Shown here: piece by piece, positions 1-8,503 of the stretch
How positions within the stretch are numbered: position 1 is the first letter of the stretch
Layout of the letters: each line of letters begins with the position of its first letter
Origin: Tissierellia bacterium
GTDB taxonomy: Bacteria; Bacillota; Clostridia; Tissierellales; Sedimentibacteraceae
Assembly (NCBI GenBank): GCA_028700795.1
Contig: JAQVRY010000002.1
Location: 1-40,787 of the forward strand
Length of the DNA: 40,787 nt
Direction of reading: 5' to 3'
The notes under the pieces: generated by a model
What the model saw: the letters and a program-made list of their open reading frames with translations, nothing else
Databases searched by the model: none
What the model was told of the DNA's origin: nothing
Translations under genes and position numbers: made by a program

Positions 1-1
1 A

Positions 2-241
2 TAACTGCATAATCCTCGGAATTATCAATAAATCACATTTATCCTTTATTGAATCTACGTGCCCGTGGAAGACTTTAACAGGCAGACATGCATCATCTAC
101 ACAGTATTTTACCCCTGCATCCAAAATGTTTTTATTTGTATCCTCAGAGACAATAATTTCAGCTCCCAATTCACTGAAAAACGTAACTAAAAAAGGATGG
201 TATTTGCAATACATCAATCCTTTTGGTATTCCAACCTTCAT
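2..241 (-). CDS. Acyl-CoA dehydratase activase-related protein (DUF2229-like), N-terminal part; runs off the window start
   Basis: Not in the ORF track. Manual translation gives MKVGIPKGLMYCKYHPFLVTFFSELGAEIIVSEDTNKNILDAGVKYCVDDACLPVKVFHGHV..., with GGGAGG RBS before ATG at 241. Confidence 0.75.
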   Translation of the reverse strand, partial: MKVGIPKGLMYCKYHPFLVTFFSELGAEIIVSEDTNKNILDAGVKYCVDDACLPVKVFHGHVDSIKDKCDLLIIPRIMQL

Positions 242-258
242 AATTTCCTCCCTTAATT

Positions 259-303
259 AAAAAAATATCACAAATTATATTATTTCCTATAATTTGTGAT
301 ATT
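259..303 (-). terminator. Probable intrinsic terminator after the ECF S-component gene
   Basis: 15-bp inverted repeat atatcacaaattata/tataatttgtgatat (265-302) followed by a T-run on the minus strand. Confidence 0.7.
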
Positions 304-332
304 ATCCTTATTTAAGTTAATTTTGAAAGAGA

Positions 333-869
333 TTATTTAGATTCTTTTACTGTATTTTTAAAATATCCTCGTATTGCATAAATTAATGCAGGAATAAATA
401 CTAACTGTATAATGATTCCCGGTATGCCTGATATAATTGCACCTTTAACATACAACAATGGATTCATTTTAACTCCAAACAACTGTACTAAGACAGCTAC
501 TGTCAAACCTGCAGCAATTCTTCCGGCAATCATAGAAGTTATTAATGATGGGATTATGGACAAATTAAATTTCCGTGCTGATAGTGATGCTGTTAATCCG
601 TATGTTCCTAATTCAAATGCCATTATTACCGCCATAGGAAACATTACAGGCATTCCTGTCAGTAATCCGCTTATTAGGGGAGTAATAATGCCAAGTGCTA
701 ACGCTAATTGCGGTGATAATAAAAACCCTCCTATTAATACAGGTATATGCATTGGTAATGCAATTGGTCCTGTCATGCCAAACATGTGAAATATCATTGG
801 AATTATTATTCCACTTGCCAATAATAATCCGCCTAATACTAATTCTTTGGTTGCAAACTTTTTATTCAT
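333..869 (-). CDS. ECF transporter S component (substrate unknown)
   Basis: ~178 aa, very hydrophobic, with the PxxFH and LPMHIPVL motifs typical of this S-component group. Start moved to MNKKF (GGGAGG RBS). Confidence 0.8.
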   Translation of the reverse strand: MNKKFATKELVLGGLLLASGIIIPMIFHMFGMTGPIALPMHIPVLIGGFLLSPQLALALGIITPLISGLLTGMPVMFPMAVIMAFELGTYGLTASLSARKFNLSIIPSLITSMIAGRIAAGLTVAVLVQLFGVKMNPLLYVKGAIISGIPGIIIQLVFIPALIYAIRGYFKNTVKESK

Positions 870-923
870 ATTTTCCTCCCAATTAAAAATAACCATAAAG
901 TTTCATACTTATCACCTTCATGG

Positions 924-1340
924 TTATTTTTCTCTTAATATTTTTTTCATTTTGATTTCAAGTTCATTAAATATTGTTTTAAACTGAAGACTTTCAAGTC
1001 CAATTATATCTATATTACATTTGCTTACTGGCAGCAGTAATTTTCTTGCCGGACTGCTTGCAATTGCTTCTGAAATTTTGGGACTTATTTCTCCCATCAT
1101 TGAATTTGATGCTACAATCGCTAATGGTCCTATTATTATATCAACTTTTTGGCACATCCATGAAATCGCATTTTCTCCGGTAGCTCCTTCGTGGGCACCG
1201 GCTCTTAACATATTGGAAGTTGCTTGGGAGTTCGTTCCCAATGCAATGATTTCTAAATCATTGCTATTCAAAGACTTCAGTATTTGTACTGCTTGGCTTC
1301 CAATTCCTCCGCCCATTCCATCAATAACAGCTATTTTCAT
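924..1340 (-). CDS. DUF3842 family protein
   Basis: MKIAVIDGMGGGIG...ALGTNSxATxxMLRAGA...ATGENAI signature. Start set at MKIAV. Confidence 0.85.
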   Translation of the reverse strand: MKIAVIDGMGGGIGSQAVQILKSLNSNDLEIIALGTNSQATSNMLRAGAHEGATGENAISWMCQKVDIIIGPLAIVASNSMMGEISPKISEAIASSPARKLLLPVSKCNIDIIGLESLQFKTIFNELEIKMKKILREK

Positions 1341-1488
1341 ATTTATTGACCTTTTATTTCTTTCTCTTGTGTCTTGCACCTTATGTATTCATTATATCTG
1401 GTGTAAAGCTGATTTTGCAGCTTGCAATATAGTGTAACATAATTTTATATAAAAGTAAATATTAAAAATTTTACATCGGTTAGGGTTG

Positions 1489-1512
1489 TGGGGACACGCC
1501 TCCGTGTCCCCA
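1489..1512. repeat. GC-rich palindrome (REP-like or terminator) downstream of aor
   Basis: Perfect 10-bp stem tggggacacg-cctc-cgtgtcccca. Confidence 0.65.
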
Positions 1513-1527
1513 ATTACCGGTTGTATT

Positions 1528-3396
1528 TTAAGCTAACTCTTCTGCTCCATATAAGTCTTCAACTACTTCTTCTAAATGACCTAATCTTTTTAATGTTTCT
1601 AAATTTGGTTTGCCTGTTTCATAGTCAATTCCGGCAGCTTCAAAGAAATTCTTGCCTAACAGCTCTTCATCTACGGTTACTCCACCTAAAGGTCCTTCGG
1701 TTAACGGTGGTTTTCCTACTGCTCTTCGTGCAATGTCAAAGTCGGATGGTTTTAACCCTTCTCTTACATTAAATGCATGACGCATCAAATATATGCGATG
1801 ACCGGTCTCAAATGCTTTTTCTGCACCAAATTCCATCCCTGTTATTGCACTTATAAATTCATTTTGTATTCCTGGAGGTGATACTAAAGCGTGGAAATAG
1901 CACAGACCGCTGCAGTTCATAACTTCAGTGCCGGCTGTCAACTGTAAATCAAACATACCGGTTCCGTTATAGTCATATTTATCTGTTAATTCATTTCCAC
2001 CCATTTGAATGGAACCTATACCGCCCTTAACGTGTCGTCCCGGTGTTGGGTCAAATTGATATGTTCTGGCTAACCCCGGTGCAAATCTTGGGTCATGCAT
2101 TGGTAATTCTATTCCTGATGCTGTTTGAAGATATTCTTCACCTTTACCCCAGTATTTTGCTGCATATTTAGAACCATTTGCCAAAATCTTACCGCAGCCT
2201 TCACCTTCACACATTTTCTTAAGAATTTCTACCATTGCTGCTCCATTGCCCCAGGTTAACTCAATTCCGTCTAATTCTTCTTTTAACACACCTTCTTCAT
2301 AGCATTCCATTGCCCACGCTATTGTCATGCCTGCAGATATTGTATCGAAACCATAAATGTTGCACATCTCATTGCACATAAGAAGGGCATCTTCTTCATA
2401 ACACAAACAAGTGGAGCCAAATGAAGCAGCCGTTTCATATTCAGGTCTTTCGGTTTGCTCTAAAGGCCATCTCCCATCCTCTACCTTATATTCTGCCCCA
2501 CATCCCAAGGGACAGTTCGCGCAGCTGTATTTTTTGGTTTTATATCTGTCTATAGCTATAGCTCCCACTTTTTGTGCTTTTTCATCTTCAAAATCGACAA
2601 CTCCAACACCTCCCCAGTTTTTCACAGGTGAATCACCGCTTAGTGCCGATGCTGGCGTTCCAACTCCTGTGCCCCATGTACCAAAAGCATATGCCGTCTG
2701 GCTTTCTTTCATGGCAGCACTAATTATTTTGTTTATTTCCGTTACCTTTTCGGAATCTTTTACAGGAATATCTCCTGTGCCTCTGACAGCAATTGCTTTT
2801 AAATTTTTGGAACCCATAATGGCTCCGCCGCCGCCTCTTCCCGGAGCACGATGTCCGTCATTTATTGGACATGATATATAGGACAGCCTTTCTCCGGGAG
2901 GTCCGATTGCTGATATTCGAAGTTTTGGCTCTTTTGTTTCCTCTTTTAATACTTCCCATACCTTTTTTGTATCCATTCCCCAAATATGTGAAGCATTTCT
3001 TATTTCAACTTTGCCATCATTGATATAAATGTAAACGGGTTTTTCTGAAATACCATTTACAAACAATGCATCATATCCTGCTTTTTTTAACTCGGGTCCG
3101 AAATAGCCGCCTGAATTTGCATCATTCCATCCGCCTGTAACGGGAGATTTATGAACCGTGGTGTATCTTCCTCCAAAAAATGCCCTTGTAGCAGTAGTAG
3201 GTCCTGTTATGAAACCCACTACATTTTCAGGTCCCAAAGGATCTGCTCCTGCAGGCATCATTTTATAAAGCACCTTAGCTCCAAATCCATAAGCACCAAT
3301 GAAATTCTCTGCTAATTCTTTTGTAAGTACTTCTTCTTTAATTTCGCCATTTGTTAAGTTTATAAACAGCATCTTTCCTGCATATCCGTATAACAT
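1528..3396 (-). CDS. aor: Aldehyde:ferredoxin oxidoreductase family (W/Mo bis-pterin, 4Fe-4S)
   Basis: 622 aa with YGYAGKML, KSPVTG, GRGGGGAIMGSKNLKAI, CANCPLGC, PEYET, DTISAG, HDPR and GLC motifs; AGGAGG RBS. Confidence 0.92.
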   Translation of the reverse strand: MLYGYAGKMLFINLTNGEIKEEVLTKELAENFIGAYGFGAKVLYKMMPAGADPLGPENVVGFITGPTTATRAFFGGRYTTVHKSPVTGGWNDANSGGYFGPELKKAGYDALFVNGISEKPVYIYINDGKVEIRNASHIWGMDTKKVWEVLKEETKEPKLRISAIGPPGERLSYISCPINDGHRAPGRGGGGAIMGSKNLKAIAVRGTGDIPVKDSEKVTEINKIISAAMKESQTAYAFGTWGTGVGTPASALSGDSPVKNWGGVGVVDFEDEKAQKVGAIAIDRYKTKKYSCANCPLGCGAEYKVEDGRWPLEQTERPEYETAASFGSTCLCYEEDALLMCNEMCNIYGFDTISAGMTIAWAMECYEEGVLKEELDGIELTWGNGAAMVEILKKMCEGEGCGKILANGSKYAAKYWGKGEEYLQTASGIELPMHDPRFAPGLARTYQFDPTPGRHVKGGIGSIQMGGNELTDKYDYNGTGMFDLQLTAGTEVMNCSGLCYFHALVSPPGIQNEFISAITGMEFGAEKAFETGHRIYLMRHAFNVREGLKPSDFDIARRAVGKPPLTEGPLGGVTVDEELLGKNFFEAAGIDYETGKPNLETLKRLGHLEEVVEDLYGAEELA

Positions 3397-3442
3397 AATA
3401 TCCTCCTTTTAATTTAATAACTTTTAATATTTAAAATATCTA

Positions 3443-3679
3443 TTACCCTCCACCTAATACAGTTAAAATCATTACCTCATCCTTGTCATTTAAGATGGTA
3501 GATGTTGTTGCTTTTGATTTATTGACTAAAATTGTTGCTTTATTTAACATTTCTTTATTGTTTGGATACTGTTTAATTAAATGATTAAGAAGAACTGTAA
3601 CATCAGAACCTTCCCGGAGTACAGCTTCAGAAATTAAATTATTTGCAATCAAACCAAAATATTTTATTTTTATCACCAT
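3443..3679 (-). CDS. MoaD/ThiS family sulfur carrier
   Basis: Small ubiquitin-like protein (IKIKYFG...ILVN...DEVMIL) ending in GG. GGGGAG RBS favours the 3679 start; 3697 is the alternative. Confidence 0.88.
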   Translation of the reverse strand: MVIKIKYFGLIANNLISEAVLREGSDVTVLLNHLIKQYPNNKEMLNKATILVNKSKATTSTILNDKDEVMILTVLGGG

Positions 3680-3699
3680 ATCCAGGTTTCTCCCCATTT

Positions 3700-4434
3700 T
3701 TATTCAATTATATAAGCTGCCATTACACCTTCATTTTCATAGTTTCTTTTACCTGCTCCATAGCCAACTTTTTTAATCTTATATTTTCCAGGTAAAGAAT
3801 TTTGGGTTTTGATTGCAGCTAGAATAGCTGCTCCGGTAGGCGTAACCATTTCTCCTTCAACGTTAGTTTTTTGTAAATTTATATTATATTTTTTTGCTAT
3901 ATTTACTACAGCGGGAACCGGTACAGGAAGTATTCCTTTTCTGCACTTAATAAAACCTTTACCGTCACAGATTTCTGTAACAATTACATCTTTAATATTT
4001 AAATAATCCAAACAAATTGCTGTGCCTACAATATCTACAATGGAATCAACAGCACCCGATTCATGAAAATACACTTCTTTTATGGTTACTTTATGTGCTT
4101 TTGATTCAGCTTCTGCAGCTATATAGAATATTTTTTTTGAAATAGTTTTTGCATTATCCGATATTAAAGAATTATCTATAATATAGTAAATATCATCAAT
4201 GTTTCTTTCAATAAATGTTTCTGATTTTTTGTTATCTATTACAACTTCAAAATCACATGCTTTAATGCCATTTTTTACTATATTGGAAATTACTATATTA
4301 TAGCCTTCCACATTTAAGCTTTTCAGCCCATTTAATAATAATTCTTTATCAGCACCTAAATCTATAAGTGCAGCAACCGTCATATCTCCGCTAATACCTG
4401 AGTTGCACTGAAAATACAATGTTTGTTCAGTCAT
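3700..4434 (-). CDS. larC: LarC family nickel-insertion protein, N-terminal domain only
   Basis: SGISGDM, FHExGAVDSIVDIVG, LPVPVPA, GEMVTPTGAAI and GYGAGKR motifs. Only 244 aa, no C-terminal domain. Confidence 0.85.
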   Translation of the reverse strand: MTEQTLYFQCNSGISGDMTVAALIDLGADKELLLNGLKSLNVEGYNIVISNIVKNGIKACDFEVVIDNKKSETFIERNIDDIYYIIDNSLISDNAKTISKKIFYIAAEAESKAHKVTIKEVYFHESGAVDSIVDIVGTAICLDYLNIKDVIVTEICDGKGFIKCRKGILPVPVPAVVNIAKKYNINLQKTNVEGEMVTPTGAAILAAIKTQNSLPGKYKIKKVGYGAGKRNYENEGVMAAYIIE

Positions 4435-4452
4435 TTTCCACCTTTTTAAGTT

Positions 4453-4490
4453 TATTAAGGGCTATTATAATATAATAATAGCTCTTAATA
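4453..4490. other. Intergenic stem-loop between the DUF362 gene and larC
   Basis: 16-bp arms tattaagggctattat/ataatagctcttaata with one mismatch; no U-tract on the minus strand. Confidence 0.55.
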
Positions 4491-4511
4491 TTCTTTAATA
4501 TAGTAATGAGT

Positions 4512-5909
4512 TTATGCTAATCCCGCCTCAGCTTTTTCTTCTTCAATAGAAATTTCTTCTATTTTCCCACTTGGTTTAATATTTAATTTTTCTTCTGATA
4601 CATTTGGAACTTCATAGAAAAAATCACCTATAGTATTATCAATTTTTTTGAATGTTTCTTTATGAACAACAGGGAAAGTTTTTTCCGGAGTGTATGGTGG
4701 GAACCAGAATTCCCCTTCAGGAGACGGTTCAGATTTAACCAATACATATTCCGTAGAGCCTATACCGTTATAAACACCTGCATTTAATTGCGCCCACTGG
4801 CTCTTTTTTGCTATACTTGAACAGTTGGTAAAACGTTCTGTGTTTGGCTCACTGAATCCAAATTGTTCAGCTTTCGAGCCCGGATTTGCTGCTACTTCTT
4901 CTGTTGCTTCAATAGATGCCATATCTACTGCAACAGGGTCTTTAGATGCAAACACCCCAATATTAGGTATTAATGCCCTATCATGGAATGCGCAACAATC
5001 ACACCATGGAGATATGTCGAAAGCATAATTAAGATAAATCATTTTATCTTTGCCAACTGCGTTTATATAGCCTGCAGCTGCATCAACAATTGCCGGTGCC
5101 CAGGAAGTGATTAAATCAGGGTGAAGATTAAATAAACCGGTTAACATAAATGCCATACAGTGACCGCACAGCTTGCATTTTTCAGGCATAAATTTGAATG
5201 TATCATCTTTCCACTCAAATGCATCTTGAGGACATGAAGCAATCATATTATCAATTAAATTAGGATGGGGAGCATTAGCAGCTTGTTTTGCAGCATCCTG
5301 ATTAATTGTCCATGCTTTCAATCCTAAAGTTGGATGTAATAAAAAGTGTGTTGCAAGCTTACCTTTCGGGGAGCCCATTCCAATTCCTACGTTTTTTAAA
5401 GAACCTCCAAATACCCCCATTGGGTGACCTTTGAAATGTGTTATAACTACTACCGCATCAAATTCAAGAATTTGTTTTCCCATATAAGTATTCTTTAGAT
5501 ATACACCATGTGGAACTTCTACTTCTACTTCATCTTCACCATATTCACCATCGCAAATCCAAACAGGACACCCCATTGTTTCTTCCGTAAATCCATGTAC
5601 TGCTGCAGTTCTTAAATGGTCTGACTTTATAGTTCGAGAAGCATTAAACCCAAGTGGAGCTGTATTACAGTCAAATACTACAGGATCTCCTCCAAGCCTT
5701 TTTACTTCTTCAACAATAGCACTTACCCAATGCGGTCGTAAGTTAAGTGAATTTCCGAATTCACCGAAATGCACCTTAATTCCAACCTTATCCCCTTTTT
5801 TAAAAACTGTTTCCAAACCTGCATCCCTAAGGACTTTAACTGCCTTAAACGGCGTACTTTCACTTGAGCTTTCTGCATGGTCGTTCATGAAATAAACTTT
5901 TGATGACAT
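4512..5909 (-). CDS. DUF362 domain Fe-S protein
   Basis: MSSKVYF, GIKVHFGE, THFKGHxxxxFGGSLKN, CxxCxxC, SPxCDC and ASKDPVAVD motifs; AAGGAG RBS. Confidence 0.85.
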   Translation of the reverse strand: MSSKVYFMNDHAESSSESTPFKAVKVLRDAGLETVFKKGDKVGIKVHFGEFGNSLNLRPHWVSAIVEEVKRLGGDPVVFDCNTAPLGFNASRTIKSDHLRTAAVHGFTEETMGCPVWICDGEYGEDEVEVEVPHGVYLKNTYMGKQILEFDAVVVITHFKGHPMGVFGGSLKNVGIGMGSPKGKLATHFLLHPTLGLKAWTINQDAAKQAANAPHPNLIDNMIASCPQDAFEWKDDTFKFMPEKCKLCGHCMAFMLTGLFNLHPDLITSWAPAIVDAAAGYINAVGKDKMIYLNYAFDISPWCDCCAFHDRALIPNIGVFASKDPVAVDMASIEATEEVAANPGSKAEQFGFSEPNTERFTNCSSIAKKSQWAQLNAGVYNGIGSTEYVLVKSEPSPEGEFWFPPYTPEKTFPVVHKETFKKIDNTIGDFFYEVPNVSEEKLNIKPSGKIEEISIEEEKAEAGLA

Positions 5910-6006
5910 TTTACTTTTCTCCTTTCAAATTATTATAAAATAGCTCTTTAAGAGTTTTTAATGTAATTTATTAGGTCAAGTAAATTATCTATCCCCCTTT
6001 CAATTT

Positions 6007-6951
6007 TTAACAGCATGAACTAAAAGATTTTTGAATCATTGCAGAATCTATTTCGTCTTCAGCTATCAACACAACTACACTTTTTCTTTCTTCACTGTCT
6101 TCCCATTTTTTATCTGCTTTAGAATGATATGTTTTTCTTACTGCTTGAAACTCATATCTGTAATCATCATTTTTAAAATAGAAAAAACCCTTGCTTCGCA
6201 ACAATTTATTACCATAGGCAGTAAACAAATCTTGTATCCAATCATTGACCTTCTTCTTGTCCATAGGACGATTTTCTGATAACACTACAGTCTTTATGTT
6301 GTCCACACTATTTTTTTCCTCCTTGCAAATATTTGATAAATCTTTTAATTGCTTGTACAAGTCAATATTCATAATATTATCTAATTTTACTCTGCCGTAT
6401 TGTGTACGATAAATTTTAGCCATAGAATTTATATTATGTATACGTTTTTCTAAAACATCTATTTCTTCATCATTAACTAAGTCGACTTTATTTAATAATA
6501 TTACGTCAGCAAATGCTACTTGATGTTTAGCTACCTTGTATTCATCTAAATTTAATTGTCCGTACTCTGCATCAACGATGACAATGTAGCTGCCTAATTT
6601 GTATAAATGTTGCATATGACCTAAAAAGAATAAATGAATTAATCCTTCCGGCGTATCAAGACCGCTGGCTTCCATCAACAGATGGTCAAATGGATTTTCA
6701 ATTGTTTTATCATGAAGCTTTTGAAAATAATGGTACAGCAGAATTTGAGGGTCTTCATGAATATGCAAATTTGTAAATACATGTATGTTTTCCTTTTTTA
6801 GATTAATCAGCATATCATCTATTGACACTGCTCCATATTCACGTACTAAAACATCAACTTTCTTATCAATCATGTGTGATAAAATATAATTGACTAATGT
6901 AGTCTTTCCTGACCCTAAAAATCCTCCGATTATATTTACGGTTTTCTTCAT
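6007..6951 (-). CDS. CobW/COG0523 family G3E GTPase metallochaperone (atypical)
   Basis: GFLGSGKTT Walker A, EASG, QVAFAD, NKVD and LLRSKG (CobW_C). The CxCC motif is absent. Confidence 0.88.
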   Translation of the reverse strand: MKKTVNIIGGFLGSGKTTLVNYILSHMIDKKVDVLVREYGAVSIDDMLINLKKENIHVFTNLHIHEDPQILLYHYFQKLHDKTIENPFDHLLMEASGLDTPEGLIHLFFLGHMQHLYKLGSYIVIVDAEYGQLNLDEYKVAKHQVAFADVILLNKVDLVNDEEIDVLEKRIHNINSMAKIYRTQYGRVKLDNIMNIDLYKQLKDLSNICKEEKNSVDNIKTVVLSENRPMDKKKVNDWIQDLFTAYGNKLLRSKGFFYFKNDDYRYEFQAVRKTYHSKADKKWEDSEERKSVVVLIAEDEIDSAMIQKSFSSCC

Positions 6952-6965
6952 TGCTGCCTCCTTTA

Positions 6966-8207
6966 TTAATCTTCGCTTAAGACCAATGACGAATTATTGA
7001 TAAGCTCAGATGATTTTTTAATGGTTTTCATTGTAATTACATATGTAATTGTCCCAAGCACTGCAAATACAATTAATACAAGATCATAGCTGCCGGTAAA
7101 GTCATATGAAAGACTCATAGCAGGTGTACCTGCTGCAGCTCCTGCAGACATTAACGATACTGAAATACCGATTAAATTGCTGAAATATTCTTCTCCTGAA
7201 ACTGCAAGAACAAACAGAGGTATTAATACAGAAAGTGTGGCTAATGCAAATCCATAGCTTATGGCATACAGCCATGCAATTAATTTATTTGTCATAAAGA
7301 ACAATAGTATTGAGCTTATAATAAATGTTATTAATCCAATACTCATGGACACTTTAATATTGAACCTGTCATTCACAACACCTAAAAAAACTTTTGCAAA
7401 AGCTAATATTAGCATTATTACTCCCGATACTTCAGATGCAAATATGTAGTCAAAATTTCTGTCCGTCATATGAGCAGGTGTAATGTGAAGAAAAGGTGCT
7501 ATTAAAAATCCAAACATAAACAAACAAAATAATGCTGCTATAATACATGGTTCTTTTAATAATTCACCGGTTGTTTTTTTTGTAGTTAAAATATTATCAC
7601 TTTTGCTTATTTCCATATCCGTAATTGGTACAGTAGGCTCTTTAACCATTAATGTTACGGGTATTGAAAGTATTAGAAAAATAATTGAGCCGATTAAATA
7701 TGAGCGATTATAACCGTAATTGGTTATAATCTTAGCTACAACAGGGCTGAAAACAGCACCTCCCAATCCGCTTCCTGCAAAGATTAAACCAAGTATTAAG
7801 CCTTTATTTTCGGTAAACCAACTATTAATCAACATGGAAAATGTTAATGTTGATGTATATACCAAGCCAATTCCTAAAAAAGATGCTCCTAAATAAAATG
7901 CGGGTAGACTTGAAGCTTTATAATATATGAAATATCCGGCAGCAAATAGTAATGTTCCTGAGCCAACCATAAATCTGATTCCCATACTCTTATAAATCTT
8001 GTCATATGAAAGATTTGCTACAATTCCTACTATAGCTATAATACTGAATATAAAAGAATATTCAGACCTGGCAAATCCAAAATACTCTGTAACAGGAACA
8101 ACATAAAGGTTTTGAGTAATATTTCCTAAACCTAAATAAATAAATGACATAATAAAACATGAAAATACTATTATATATCCATAATTGAACTTTTTACCCA
8201 ATTGCAT
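6966..8207 (-). CDS. MFS transporter (OFA/monocarboxylate-like)
   Basis: 413 aa, about 12 hydrophobic segments, WFxxxKGLxLG motif and GVVNDRF motif-A-like loop. Confidence 0.85.
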   Translation of the reverse strand: MQLGKKFNYGYIIVFSCFIMSFIYLGLGNITQNLYVVPVTEYFGFARSEYSFIFSIIAIVGIVANLSYDKIYKSMGIRFMVGSGTLLFAAGYFIYYKASSLPAFYLGASFLGIGLVYTSTLTFSMLINSWFTENKGLILGLIFAGSGLGGAVFSPVVAKIITNYGYNRSYLIGSIIFLILSIPVTLMVKEPTVPITDMEISKSDNILTTKKTTGELLKEPCIIAALFCLFMFGFLIAPFLHITPAHMTDRNFDYIFASEVSGVIMLILAFAKVFLGVVNDRFNIKVSMSIGLITFIISSILLFFMTNKLIAWLYAISYGFALATLSVLIPLFVLAVSGEEYFSNLIGISVSLMSAGAAAGTPAMSLSYDFTGSYDLVLIVFAVLGTITYVITMKTIKKSSELINNSSLVLSED

Positions 8208-8236
8208 GCTCCATTTCGTTATCTTAACTTAATTGT

Positions 8237-8252
8237 AGCAATTCTTGTACCA
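8237..8252 (-). promoter_or_regulatory. sigma54 (-24/-12) promoter of the MFS-to-aor operon
   Basis: Minus strand TGGTACAAGAATTGCT has exact GG-N10-GC spacing, lies 30 bp upstream of the MFS start and is adjacent to a sigma54 activator gene. Confidence 0.85.
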
Positions 8253-8384
8253 ATATACGGATTAATGTATATTGATTAGAAGAATGTCCTCAATTCTTCA
8301 AGATTCCTCAGGCTGCTGCGCTTTCAGAACGGCCAAATGAAATACATAAAAAAAAACAGAAAAATACTACAAGTATCTTTCTGT

Positions 8385-8503
8385 TGTAAAATAATATTAC
8401 AATGATTGTTAATTAATTAATATTTATTAAATTCGTTACAATCTCTTATTTAAATTGCTGTAAAAAAATGTTACGATACTTCTTGTTGTAACATTTTTTT
8501 ACG
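8385..8503. promoter_or_regulatory. Three candidate enhancer (UAS) sites, TGTAA-N7-TTAC(A/G)
   Basis: Sites at 8385-8401, 8459-8475 and 8487-8503; TGT-N11-ACA-type palindromes typical of Fis-HTH activators. Confidence 0.65.

Noticed and set aside
3397-3700. Moco/Wco riboswitch ahead of moaD or aor
   Set aside because: The intergenic spaces are too short and AT-rich to hold one.
3690-3710. Programmed frameshift fusing LarC-N to MoaD, by analogy with larC1/larC2
   Set aside because: The MoaD frame has a TGA at 3704-3706, leaving almost no shift window, and moaD has its own RBS.
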